Of a DNA stretch of 64,000 nt, positions 1-11,501 are shown one piece after another. Where the stretch lies: positions 25,716,225-25,780,224 of the forward strand of contig CM120640.1 in assembly GCA_051362555.1 (NCBI GenBank), read 5' to 3'. Every line of letters begins with the position of its first letter. Positions within the stretch are counted from its first letter, which is position 1. The notes beneath the pieces were generated by a model. It worked only from the letters and a program-made list of their open reading frames with translations, was not told the DNA's origin and did not search any database. The DNA comes from Lingula anatina (Eukaryota > Animalia > Brachiopoda). Both the position numbers and the translations under genes were made by a program.

Positions 1-349
1 GGATGTGATAGATGGGGTTTTCCGCTGTAAATTATCCTGTATATGAATTTTTTTAACTGGACAGCTCGGTAAAATGTTTGAACTTGTGCCCCTTTCCCCA
101 CTTTAAGCAAAATTCTGGACACAACCAGTGTCAAATTATAATAGGCCTACATAAAACTTCTGACTAAAAGCCTCCACCCTCAATTCTGTAAAGGGTACAA
201 AAAAAGCTTACATGAGGGTTCTACTGCAAAATGTCATATGCACTGTAGGTGACTTTTATCACGCAGTCTTTATGCCCCGGCAGGTAACAGATCAATTAAC
301 CCATCGAGGGCATTCTCATATTTCTTGCAACCCCTACATGCACGCTGCC

Positions 350-387
<38 letters not shown>

Positions 388-604
388 TACCAGTTGCAGG
401 ATGACCTCATGATTGCATGGTGACACCGTCATAAAAAAAACTTTCTCGCTTTGAACGCGATTTTACCGAGATTGGTTTCATCATATACCGCTAACGATAT
501 AGTTAATACCGGTAGGTGATACTTGAAATTGCGCACGGATGAACATTTTGTCGTCGGTGCTCGCACTGTAGATAGATCACGATGGAGAGCTTCAGTGAAT
601 GGCC

Positions 605-892
605 CCATTCAGAATGAGAAGAGCCAAGTCCTAGCTAGGTCACGACCTAAATATGGCGGACCTACATGAAAGGAAGACCGCTTAATCCTGTAATGGTCTC
701 TCCACCTCTCACACGCCTCTCCACGCGTCGTCCCTGCGGGGGCACAATAATTAGATTTCGTCTCAATGCAACCGGTCGAGGCGTGTGAGAGGCGGAGAGA
801 CCATTACAGTATTAAGCGGTATTCCTTTCATGTAGGTCAGCCATATTTAGGCCGTGGCCAAGCTAGCACTCGGCTCTTCTCATTCTGAATGG
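605..892. mobile_element. MITE-like foldback element (~115-bp imperfect inverted arms)
   Basis: 605-719 (CCATTCAGAATGAGAAGAGCC...CACACGCCTC) is the near-reverse complement of 778-892 (GAGGCGTGTG...GGCTCTTCTCATTCTGAATGG); no coding capacity. Confidence 0.75.
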
Positions 893-1315
893 TCCCAATG
901 AATCTGGTGGACCTTTTTTTGTACGCGCTGTACCGCATTACGTGACGGTTTACAAGCGCGTCTAATCTCTTGCATGCTGGAGTGAAATGAACCATTAACC
1001 AGAATATGAGGCATGAGTACGTTGGTTGTACAGGTACATTGGTCGATGTACATTGTCTTGTCCCATATAAGCCTTGATGTCTTAATCATCCAGTGTTCGT
1101 CTGCTGTTTTAATGTCTGACGTGCTTTATCTAGCATCCCATCATTTCGTAAAAGAAACTAAAGCCCTGAGAAACCATTCATTTCATCTGCTGTCAACAAT
1201 GATGAAGGACTCGCCAAGTATAGCTTTCACATTTAATTTGTCTACCAACATATTGAAAGGTGGGATTGAAAACAGATTATCTTCAAACATGCAAAGGGCT
1301 TTCTCTTTTGTATAG

Positions 1316-1318
<3 letters not shown>

Positions 1319-1352
<34 letters not shown>
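1319..1352. repeat. (GT)n microsatellite
   Basis: Direct reading. Other microsatellites: (AC)n/(GC)n ~13669-13700, (ATT)n ~57146-57182, (GT)n ~60981-61005, (AC)n 63958-63992. Confidence 0.95.
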
Positions 1353-1354
<2 letters not shown>

Positions 1355-3089
1355 ATATTTTCTTGGATATACTTAGGATCTATCAAAGGTTCAGACCAAA
1401 TACTCGTATCTAGCCTTTTAGTATTTCAAGTTGAGAATGAAGGAAAAGCACCACTGCATATATGATATTGTTTTCAAAAGTGCCTCGTTGAGTACAATAA
1501 TTATTATCGGCACTGCCAAGACAACCTTATTTGTCAGCATTAGTCTCTTCTCACCTTTTTTTGTTTTTACACTGTATCTGCATTAACATGGCGTGAAACA
1601 AAAAGAGATGTGTTAAAAAGGCCGAGGTTATCTTGCAAAAAATGTTGTGGAAAAGCTTTTAGTTTCATTTTCCGAAGCCAGAGTGACAGAGCGTAAATAA
1701 GTGTATTATGATATCGGTTTTCATCCATCATGTTCGTGGCAAACCCGAGTCCTAATCATAACATTGTGCGGTGTCATCCATAAGTTTAATGGTTTTCTGC
1801 TCCCCCGTCATCCTATTGACGGTCGTAAATGGACCATCGTCTGATATATCATGTTGTATTTCTCCCATTTATTGATAAATGTGATAGACGAGGCTTAATG
1901 CAAAATAATTACCACTAGATTAATCAGCTGTTGAGTGCAGGGAAGAGCCTGTTGCGTAGTTGGCTAAGTAAAGCCAATGGATCAATCGTGTTAAGTTGGG
2001 TTCTTCTATGATAGAAAAAAAACAGAACATAAGTACACGTGATACCCACTCACTCTTGTTCGAATTCGTAGATTCAAGCCATGTAATCATCCTTGAGATT
2101 TCAGTACAGGGTGACATAAGACCAAAATGACCGTCTATTTATCTAGAGACATATCTGTGAATATCTGTGGAAAATCAATCTGTCGTCCTGGTAGAGGGTA
2201 GGGAAAGTCCACCAGCCGAGTAAATCTCTCACTACAGTGTATCTGCAATGTATCTGAGCAATATCATCGACAAACCTTAAGTACAGATTGAAATCATATG
2301 TATAAATAAATCGCCTTGTTCTTTAAAGGCTCGGTTGCACAGTATGGAGTCTACGCTTACCTTAACTTAACATGTGTTAATATTAGTTTACTCATTTTTC
2401 TGTCAAAAGGCCCGACTTTTACTTCCGGGGTTTAATCCTGGATGATCAAACGCTATTTGAAATATGCGGCATGAATTTCTGAACTAAATAACACTAAAAA
2501 TACTTTTAGGGTAGCCAAAATGAAGGCATCCCATGCTTTTACTTGTATTTGTTCATCAAAGGAGCTGGTTCATTTTAAGTGTTCAATCAAGGCAATTAAC
2601 CAGGATCAACAGAGAACATAAACACACCAGTACATGTATATCATTGGTAAAAAATATTGTCCCCTCCTCCAGTTCCAAGTGCTTTTGTTTAAAATGATCA
2701 CCTTACAGGTGTAAATAGTTATAAACAGCGCTTTTTATTCCAGATACCATATCTAACATGTTAGGATAACAATAGGATAATTTATTCCAGTAATTTAGGT
2801 CACCGGCCCATATTACACTTTACAATGTATATTAAGATAACCACATGTAGTAACACATGTACATGTAGTATGACAAAAAGAAAATTATTATACAAGTGTA
2901 ACAAACATCTCATCACTGCTAGTAATACAAAATAAGAACATGGTGCAATGGTATAACAGAAACATAAGCCAACAATTAATATGTAATGAGACAAACAATA
3001 GGACATCATACACACAATTACATCATTAAGCAATATCTTAATATCTAGGGTAATAGCATTAACTCTTTTGCAATGCACTCTTGTTTTCA

Positions 3090-4750
3090 TTTTGTAAACC
3101 TCTAAAATCATGTTTCTCTTTATTATCCGCGTGAACTAGAAAAGCAGCTACTCTGCGGATCAGTGCTGCAACAACTGTAGACATGATTTCTACATATATT
3201 TTGTCTGACACATTTTTTTCTACTCCGTATGTTTGGTAACCACTTTTCTCTCAAATCGTAATAAAACGGGCATTCTAGAAAGAAGTGTTTTCTGTTTCAA
3301 CCACATCTACATCACAACACCTACACAGTCGCATATTTCGGTTTAATCCAAGGTGTCTTCCCTTTTCAATCATGAGTGAGTGATTTGAACATCGAAACTT
3401 AGCAAGAGCTTTTCTATGGTGAGTCTTATCGACCACCCTTAAGTAATTTGTCAAAAATAAGGTTTTGCTTATACAGTCGATATGCATCTAACTTACAGGT
3501 TTGTGCTTACTCATCTGACCTGTGTCTATGCATCGTTGCTTGAATTCATTTAGAAATCCTATTTCATTTTCAATACCCTGAGAAAAACAAACTATACCTA
3601 ACCCATATGAGAATAGAACATTTTAAAAATTTTTGGCCCAACGGTCTTTATCCCTTACTGCCATGCTATAGTATATATATATACTGATATTTATAACACA
3701 CATTAATGAGCCTATTTTCTGGTGATTTCAGAATCTCAAACCAATATTTTATAATTTAAACTAAGCGTTGAGATCGTACCGTATTTCTACCTAACTCACC
3801 CCTTGCTGCTGCATTTGGAGTACTTCTGCCCAGAGTACTTTGCAGAGCTTATTTTGGACTATTTCGCAGTCATGACCTGTGTGAAACCCCCAAACTTCAG
3901 ATCCATAATTTAAGATAGGCAATATCTTTTTATTAAACAGTGTAACTCAGGTTTCTAGATCAATTTCTCCAAATCCATACATATGTTTCTTAAGAATACA
4001 TAATGCCTTTGAAGCTTACTCTGCCAAATTTTTCTGCGCCTGAGACCAAATACCTTTAGTTGTGAATGTAACTCCAATACATTTATATTTTGATATCACT
4101 ACAATTTCTTTCCCGAGGTAGGTCCATTTTTCATAGTGCCGTAAATATCCACCATTTCTGAATACAATTATTTTTGTCTTGGACATATTTACACTTAACT
4201 TCCATTTTTTGCAATACATTGACAATTATTTATTTTTCTTTGCATGCTTATAGCTGTGTCTGCAGGCAAAACTAGATCATCTGCAAACAATACGCGCGCG
4301 ACTTCTGTAAGCCCAATGATACCACCAGTGTCATGGTCAGTTTTTAATTTTTGGGTAAGATCATTTATAAAAAGTGAGAAGAGAAAGGGAGATAACTGGC
4401 AACCTTGTCTAACACCCACTTCACATTCAAAATAATCTGTTACATATCCTTCTCTACCAAACGACACACATGGTTTCTCTGTCTCATACATCCTCTGTAA
4501 TACCCTGTACGTTTTCCCCTGTACATCATATGAAATTATTTTCTATTTCAAGCAATCCCTCCATACCCAGTCAAACGCCTTTTGTAAATTAACAAAAGTT
4601 CAATTAAAACGGCCACCTTTTTTTTGATAAATATTTACGTATAAGTGTATCTAAAATAAATATATTATCGATGTTGAATAAGATTTTCGAAAACCTGCTT
4701 GCACCTCATTAATGATTTCATTTTTCTCTGCCCATGCATTTAATTATCTA
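3090..4750 (-). mobile_element. 5'-truncated, frameshifted non-LTR retrotransposon (LINE) reverse transcriptase remnant, probably CR1/L2-group
   Basis: Fragments QAGFRK, QKAFDWV, GVRQGCQLSPFLFSLFIND, VLFADDLVL, KWKLSVNMSKTKIIVF, and the C-terminal LAKFRCSNHSLMIEKGR...RLCRCCD..VETE motif; multiple stops and frameshifts. Boundaries approximate. Confidence 0.9.
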
Positions 4751-5604
4751 ACATGTTTAACGGTACAGTAAAAACACAAATAGGGGTCAAGATATCCATT
4801 TCTCATGCCAATTGTTCAAATTTATAGCATGTACCCCCTCAAATCCGATGTTTCACTGTGGTTTCCACAGAGGTAAAAAATGTTCAATAAATTGAAATGA
4901 CACCACCAAATGTCACCAAATTTACACACAATAAGCATTAGGATGTGCTTCTTAAAGGTCACGTGTCTCCAGTCCATGCCATAGCTCCTCAGTCGGGTTT
5001 GAGGGGGTACATGTACTTTTTATAAATTTGAATAAGTGGTATAAAATATGGATATCTTCACCCCAGTTTTGTATTTCCTGTACCAATGAGCATGCCAGAC
5101 ATGGTATCTGGAATAAAAAGCACTGTTTATAACAATTTACACTTGTGATAATTCGTAAAAAAAAAAAGCACATGGAATTAGTGGTGGGACAACCTTTTTG
5201 CCCAGTGTGTAGTTTAAGCTACGTCCATTGTTCAGATTTTATGGCCTATTTGAAATGTACTCCAAGTGTTGCCTGCGGGGGTGTGAGCATAGCGACGTCA
5301 TTAATGATGTTCATTCGAACGATCGATCGATGTACGATGTTCATTCAAGAAATTGGTGCATTATACGTGTGCAGTTAGGCAATTATCTCGATAAAAGTGC
5401 TAGCAAACACATAGTTTAAGCCACGCCCGAGCCCTTGTTCAGATTCTACAGCCTAAATGAGCTCCTAATGTTTCCAGCAGCGTTCTGAGCACTTTGGGAC
5501 AAGCAGTGAGACTACATGTACAATTTAAGAAATATCAGAGTATTGTCTTCATCTACTATTAATTTTGGTATCCGGTGGTCTGCATGTACTACCGTGTGTC
5601 GTAA

Positions 5605-7087
5605 TTACGTATTAAGGCAAAGACAAGCAGAGGGGTAACTCAGAAACTGGAATTTCAACTCTGGTACATTCTGAGGGCACTTGGGATTGCATGTCATCAG
5701 GACGGCGTGATTGTGGAATTCGGCTTCACAGTTTCCCGGTGATGTCGTCCCTTGATTACAGCTGCTGGGACTGGAGGGAGAAAAACGGAATGCGTTAGGT
5801 GTGACAGAATACAACAGTCGTAGTAAAGTGGCATTTATAAAGTTTTCGGTGATGATGCAACATCCTATGTTTTTTCATTCGGCTAAAATAAGGAAAGCGC
5901 CTGTTTCTACCTGGATCGGCGAGAAATCATTTTAAACTAAACTAACCCATTTAAAGAAGTAAATGTAACCAATTGCTAATTCTAACCCTTATGTGCAGCA
6001 CTGGCTTGTTGCGATGAGCTTACCTGCAAGCTTTCACTTGCACGACCTGGATATATTCTCCAGTACAGTCGGGTTTTGACTGCATTGGCCGCCATACGAT
6101 GTCTTGGCCGCCGACAACTTCTGTTACAGTATCGTCATCACCAGGGCAATGGTAGAAGCTAAAACTATCATACATATTTCTCTCTTTTTGGGCGACTTGA
6201 TTGAATTTATATGTAAATGCAGCTTTAAAAGGCACACCTTACTATAATGCATAAATCACCCCCAGTGCCTTTAAGTGGCAACCTCGAATTCTGTGGGAGT
6301 TCGTTATCGGTGTTATCAAGAACTTTTAGATATTATGAATGACATTCGACTTCTACTGGAACACAGATATGTAGATTCATTGGTGCATTTAGTTAAGTTG
6401 ATCATTTAAAAAGTTTGGTTATTACACATACATGTACAGAAAAAGACTAATAACTATTTCAATCAAAATTTAATTAAATTTCATTTTGTCAGACTGACTG
6501 TATTTCGCCAGTATTGCGCAAATATCCACCTACCCTTCACAGCATCTATTTCTGTCGCTGACTAACCCACCACCACCAGCTCGTCGCTTGCGTTTCCTTA
6601 TAGGAACCACTTTGATATAGCCAGTCGTCAAACCTAGACTTTCCCTAGACATGGACAAGATAGGCAACTTTGTGCCGTACTTGGCCATGTCCGATTCAGC
6701 CAAGGTTTCCCGGGTGACAAAAATCCCTGGAATCGTATTGTAGATATCAGAGACATTATATATTGGCCGACAGTAAGTTCCTTCTTGATTGCAAACGCCT
6801 GGGCGTGCTACAGGTGGATCGGCGGTTGGTGGCTTTTTTGGTGACGCAGTTGACGACACAGCGGGCGACATAGTTGACGACGTTTGCGGGCACCAACAGT
6901 ATGGCCAATACCGCTTGAAGTGGCTTGAGGAAGTACCTTGCAGCATGGTCATGACAGTGCGGCACCACCATTCAGCCTGCTGTTGGCCATTGCAAAGTAA
7001 GCCAACAGCAGACCTGTAGCATCCTATGTCTACGTTTCCAACGCAGAACACTAGTGACAGTACAACAAGATGCCAAGTGAGATCCAT
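5605..7087 (-). CDS. Secreted Spaetzle-like/neurotrophin-type cystine-knot proprotein (284 aa), 3 exons
   Basis: Exons 7087-6534, 6158-6024, 5770-5605; GT-AG introns, phases consistent (855 nt). Signal peptide MDLTWHLVVLSLVFCVG, furin site RKRKRR, then CCEG...YIQVVQVKAC..C...CEAEFHNHAVL...FLSYPSACLC, matching the Spaetzle-domain cysteine pattern. Confidence 0.8.
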
Positions 7088-7832
7088 GCTCCCAAATGGA
7101 AGAGTATATTGCTGTGCTCTCTGTAGAGTTCCGTATCTTTACCTGTGTTTCGTGGATAAGAGGGAAGGCAACGTAAACGTGTATAATTCCTCTCCCTTGT
7201 AGTCATGTTTGTACACACTCACTGTACATTTGCATCTTAATATCCGCATTAAAACACCACATGGGATGCATAATTAAATGGTGTTTTAAAGCATTTTATG
7301 TTAACTTACAAAGAATGACTGAAAAATGAACGAAAACTGTGTGAAGCGTGATAAAGCCTAATTAATTCGCGGAAGGATATGCTACAATTATTCACTCCAG
7401 CGCTTTTGCTATTTTTACAAATATCTCTAAGTGTTCGCTAAAAGTATTTAAAATTAAACCGGAAACTAAAACTATCGTTAGAAAAAAGCCCACAAATGAA
7501 ACGTGTTACTGTAGCCGTTCCAAGAGGATCCAGAATTTTGATAAGGGGATGGGGGCACAAGGATATTAGTAGACGAAGACAATTATACCGTATCAAGTAG
7601 GGCAAATTTTGTCTCTCGTTTTTCTTGTTGGAAGGGAGAAGGGAGTGCCTATGAAATATTAAAAGAAAAGCAAATGGTCCCCTGTGTCCTCCTCCGCCAG
7701 ATCTGCCGTTATACTCATGACATAATATATCGTAAGGCTAGAAGGGTATTGACACCTATCTATTCAACTATCTATCAATATAAACACTATATCTACAGTA
7801 TATTTATATAAATTTTGTCAGCATGACGATTA

Positions 7833-7997
7833 CAGGGGCGGATCCAGGATTATTTGAAGGGGGGGGGCGAACGGTGCCATTTGGATTCAGCTACTTCAAA
7901 TTCCTATTTCAAGAGGGGAGTATTTGTGTGATTTTTTTTCAGAAATCGAAGGGGGGGGGGGGTCAGGACCCCTCCCCCTCCCTAAATCCGCCTCTCT
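7833..7997. mobile_element. Short MITE of the CAGGGGCGGATCCAGG...AATCCGCCTCT type
   Basis: Imperfect terminal inverted repeats with G-run/C-run arms; related copies at ~7525-7707 and ~38174-38331. Confidence 0.6.
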
Positions 7998-9672
7998 GGA
8001 TTAGGATAAGGGTGCCATGAGATAATAGGGTTATGGTGAGAGGAATAGTGAGTGAGCGTGAGAATAGGCCAGAGGTAAAACGCAGCTTTTCAATAAAGTG
8101 GAGATTTAGCAAAATGAATCGGAATGATGTGCTACAGTATTCCATGCTGTACAGTTTATAGTTTTGGAGAGTTCCGGCGTTAATCGGTTTAATTTACCGT
8201 CATTTCATCATTTCAAGTAAATCTCCTTGCCGTTTATTTAAGCGAAACGTAACTTTGAGTTATTTCAGTTTTTTACGTTACCCGTATTCAATTTGGCTTG
8301 AATAGGAAGTCAGGAAGAGGAAATGGGCCACCTTAACATTAGCTTCAAATTAAAACGACAGAAATAGCGAAGCTAGAATATATGTGTCTGCAGGTCAGTC
8401 AGCACTTTTCATTAATATCGTGCTAGGATAGTCTCAACCGACATGAATAATCGTATTTTAGCTCAACGTTTCACAAATTGCAGTATTTTCTGTAAGTAAA
8501 GGCATGGGAACACGCCTTTGGAGAGCTTCGCATACATTTAAAAAGATACATTAAGGTTTATTTACACAACAAGTATTTAGAATTTTAAAAGAAAAAAATC
8601 TCAAGTGGTGATTTTAGATTGGACTGGTTACACAATTCCTGTCATTATTAAAAGAGCTGCCCATGCGGTAAATTGAGGTAAATAAAGCAGTGGATGCTAC
8701 TACATGTAGGGCTATTGGCGACTAGCGGCTGCTCGATTTTCTTACTAAGCTTAAAACTTAAGGGTTTTTTTTTTAATTGGGAATATCTTATTTCTTTATA
8801 TTAAGTGTGCTCCTTACTCACATGCAACTTTATATCAACAGTTTTTTTAATTATTATACTACGAATAAACGGATTTATTTTCGGAATCCGACCGCCAATA
8901 CCTCTCAAGAGCCGGAAAATTGTCAATGTGGTACAAAGCACTTCTTTTCTCAACGGTGGATATTTCGGGGTTTGTCCTTGAAGTGATATCTTACTTTCCA
9001 GAATCATTTCTCAATGTCATGGATGGCTTAATATACATGCAAATCATAACATTTTACTTTGGAGACTATTTGTGATTTATTTGAAAAAATAAATGTACAG
9101 GAATTTTATCGAAAATTACGCAGAAACTAGATATCGACCAATATTTCTGGTAGGCATATGTACAATATATTATCATCATATCATAAGTATTGGCAATAAG
9201 GACGTTTCTCGCCAACATCATATATCCGTAGAAACATCATCTCTCCACTAGCAAATATTTACACAATCTGAATTATCTGAAAATATTAATTATTGATATC
9301 TATGTCATTTGTGCGGAAGTTTAAGAACGTCTTTAAAATAAATCAGTCTCACATTATTTCACAAAAGGAAAAAACTTAATATATATACATGGTCGACACG
9401 CTGTATGTACGTCACATCTACTGAATATATCGTTATGTTTTGAATCCATTTCGTCCTGCAATATATTCTATCGGCAGAGAATTCATAACTTAGATTTTCC
9501 ATAATATAGTATATAAAGTAAAAAATGCTGATTGGTTACATAAAGTCCGTTCATATCACGATTAGGCTATTCAAAGTTAAAAACGTGTCATCAATTTATG
9601 TAAGTTACAGAAAAGTATACATTTAGGTACGTCTTCTATAGTTCCAATGGATTTGTTATCCATGTTCAGTAC

Positions 9673-11121
9673 TCAGGTGCTACTCCCTGTCCGCGGTGAA
9701 CGGCTTAGGATGGTTGATGGAGCGATGCTTCGCGACATTTTATCCATGCTGTGACCTCTGCTCTTCTCTGAATCCTCGGACGTTTTTGGAAGCCTCATGT
9801 TAAGTCCAAAACGCATGTCCGTTAATTGATAATCTTTGATCAGCTGCACTTCTTTCTGACTCAAGTCATCTGCTGCCTCGTCCACAGGAATGATGAAGAG
9901 GGCGTGGTCTTTTTTCTCCAACCAGTTAAGTGCGACGTAAGCGTCGACAAGCTGAATGATTTCGTCTCCCTCCATGGTTTCATACTCCAGTGCGTCATGT
10001 TCACGCAGACCAGCGACGTGGTTTAATAGACGCAGAGCGTTGGCGCAGTGGGATTTGTTCGACCCTATCCAGCGTCTAATGAGCCCTGCCGATGCTTTTC
10101 CAACGAATGCTTGGATTGGAGACACGGGGCGTTTGCTCGTTGTTGACATGTCTTTCAAATTCTTGTCAATTGTTGCATAGAAATACAGACACCGGAAAGT
10201 AGCGTCGATGTGAATTGTCTCGGACGCGTCGTCTGCTAGGCTCATGATCAAACTGTTCTCATTGTTTGTAAGGTTGGACAATAACATGCGTTTGTTGTTT
10301 TCGGCAATTCTAGCTTCATCATTATTGCAACACCACATAGGCGGGTTTTTCCTGACGGCAACACTCTGCAAACCATCTAGACGCAGCTCGCACTTTCTCC
10401 ATTTCGTGACAGGCGCACCTTTTCGTTTGCGATCGTAGAAGGGGATATAGACAGGCGGACATAATTCATTTCGGCGCGGGAGTTTACTGATGACTTCAGG
10501 AGAAATGTTGCGGAACATATGCCTGCGGACTTGCAAGGCGCGGATTTGAGGCTCGTCGTTCCAGATAGAGTTTGAAAACAAATCCTGTCCGGAAGGTGTG
10601 TCCCAAATAATTTTCCCGCCATTCAGAAGAGCATATTTAACGACAAAATGTCTCCGTGGAAAGAGTTCTCTCAGTTTGTGGTAACTGTCCACGACAAAAC
10701 CGTCCCCTTCGATCCTCTCCGCCGCCATGACTACGTCATTGATTAGAGGTTGGTGATCAATGTACCTCTTGCTGGGATATTTTGTCTCCAGCGCTAATTT
10801 GGCAACGTCGTGCAACTGGCTTCTACGAAATTCGTCCTGCTTGAAGCTGACGAGATACTCACTAAAATTTGGTTTCAAAGAATCATGCGTCCCCAACATC
10901 ATATCTTCATGTCCCGTCGCCTTCCTGCGCTCATTTAGAAAATTCGCCACATCATCTATTTCATTCAAGACCTCCAAGTCACCTGTTTCGTCTGCTTCCT
11001 TGTACTTTTTCTGTATTTCTTCGTAAAGTTTGAACGTCATTTCTTTCACCATCATGTACATTCGGTTCAGCGGCATGTTTTCAAAATGCCGAATAAAATT
11101 TGTGTCCATATTTGTTTCCAT
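9673..11121 (-). CDS. Single-exon 482-aa protein with C-terminal GIY-YIG-like endonuclease domain
   Basis: Uninterrupted ORF starting at GCCAAAATGG (11121). C-terminal motifs CLYFY...QAFVGKA..GLIRRW....SH...LSQKEVQLIKDY..TDMRFGLN follow the GIY / YIG / R / E / N order of GIY-YIG nucleases. N-terminal ~280 aa not recognised. Confidence 0.75.
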   Translation of the reverse strand: METNMDTNFIRHFENMPLNRMYMMVKEMTFKLYEEIQKKYKEADETGDLEVLNEIDDVANFLNERRKATGHEDMMLGTHDSLKPNFSEYLVSFKQDEFRRSQLHDVAKLALETKYPSKRYIDHQPLINDVVMAAERIEGDGFVVDSYHKLRELFPRRHFVVKYALLNGGKIIWDTPSGQDLFSNSIWNDEPQIRALQVRRHMFRNISPEVISKLPRRNELCPPVYIPFYDRKRKGAPVTKWRKCELRLDGLQSVAVRKNPPMWCCNNDEARIAENNKRMLLSNLTNNENSLIMSLADDASETIHIDATFRCLYFYATIDKNLKDMSTTSKRPVSPIQAFVGKASAGLIRRWIGSNKSHCANALRLLNHVAGLREHDALEYETMEGDEIIQLVDAYVALNWLEKKDHALFIIPVDEAADDLSQKEVQLIKDYQLTDMRFGLNMRLPKTSEDSEKSRGHSMDKMSRSIAPSTILSRSPRTGSST

Positions 11122-11385
11122 TTTGGCTGCGAGAGACAACTTCCAAAAAAAGACGACCTCTAAACAGCACGGATCATTGCGAACTGTTAGTGTGTTTGAT
11201 TGCTGCAACTATAGCAATTACTGACGACAACCACTTCAATATAATCAATTACAATCAATTATTAAGCAAACCCATGATCGAGCGAAACCCTTAATTACCG
11301 TTATCGATTCTCCAATCTTCACGCCATCAACTGATTGTTATTTGTATTGTCCAATAACCATGTACGTGAAAGATCAATAAGTGAT

Positions 11386-11501
11386 AGATACAATACGAGT
11401 CGCCGAGCTGTACGTGAAATATTACGAGTGTATTGGCGAGCCGCAGGCGAGACAATACACGAGTAATTTTCACGTACAGCTCGGCGACGAGTGTTGTATC
11501 T
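11386..11501. mobile_element. Palindromic MITE core upstream of the GIY-YIG-like ORF
   Basis: AGATACAATACGAGTCGCCGAGCTGTACGTGAAA...TTTCACGTACAGCTCGGCGACGAGTGTTGTATCT forms a near-perfect hairpin. Confidence 0.65.

Noticed and set aside
880-1460. Possible decayed coding sequence on the minus strand
   Set aside because: Interrupted by stops and a GT microsatellite; no motif I can assign with confidence.
11122-11208. N-terminal extension of the 511-aa ORF from a non-ATG start
   Set aside because: The first ATG in good Kozak context is at 11121 and is directly preceded by an acceptor-like TCTCTCGCAG.
9826-11294. Short ORFs antisense to or overlapping real CDSs (also at 35073, 53222, 57755, 62720, 63221)
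   Set aside because: Shadow frames of coding exons with no independent evidence.
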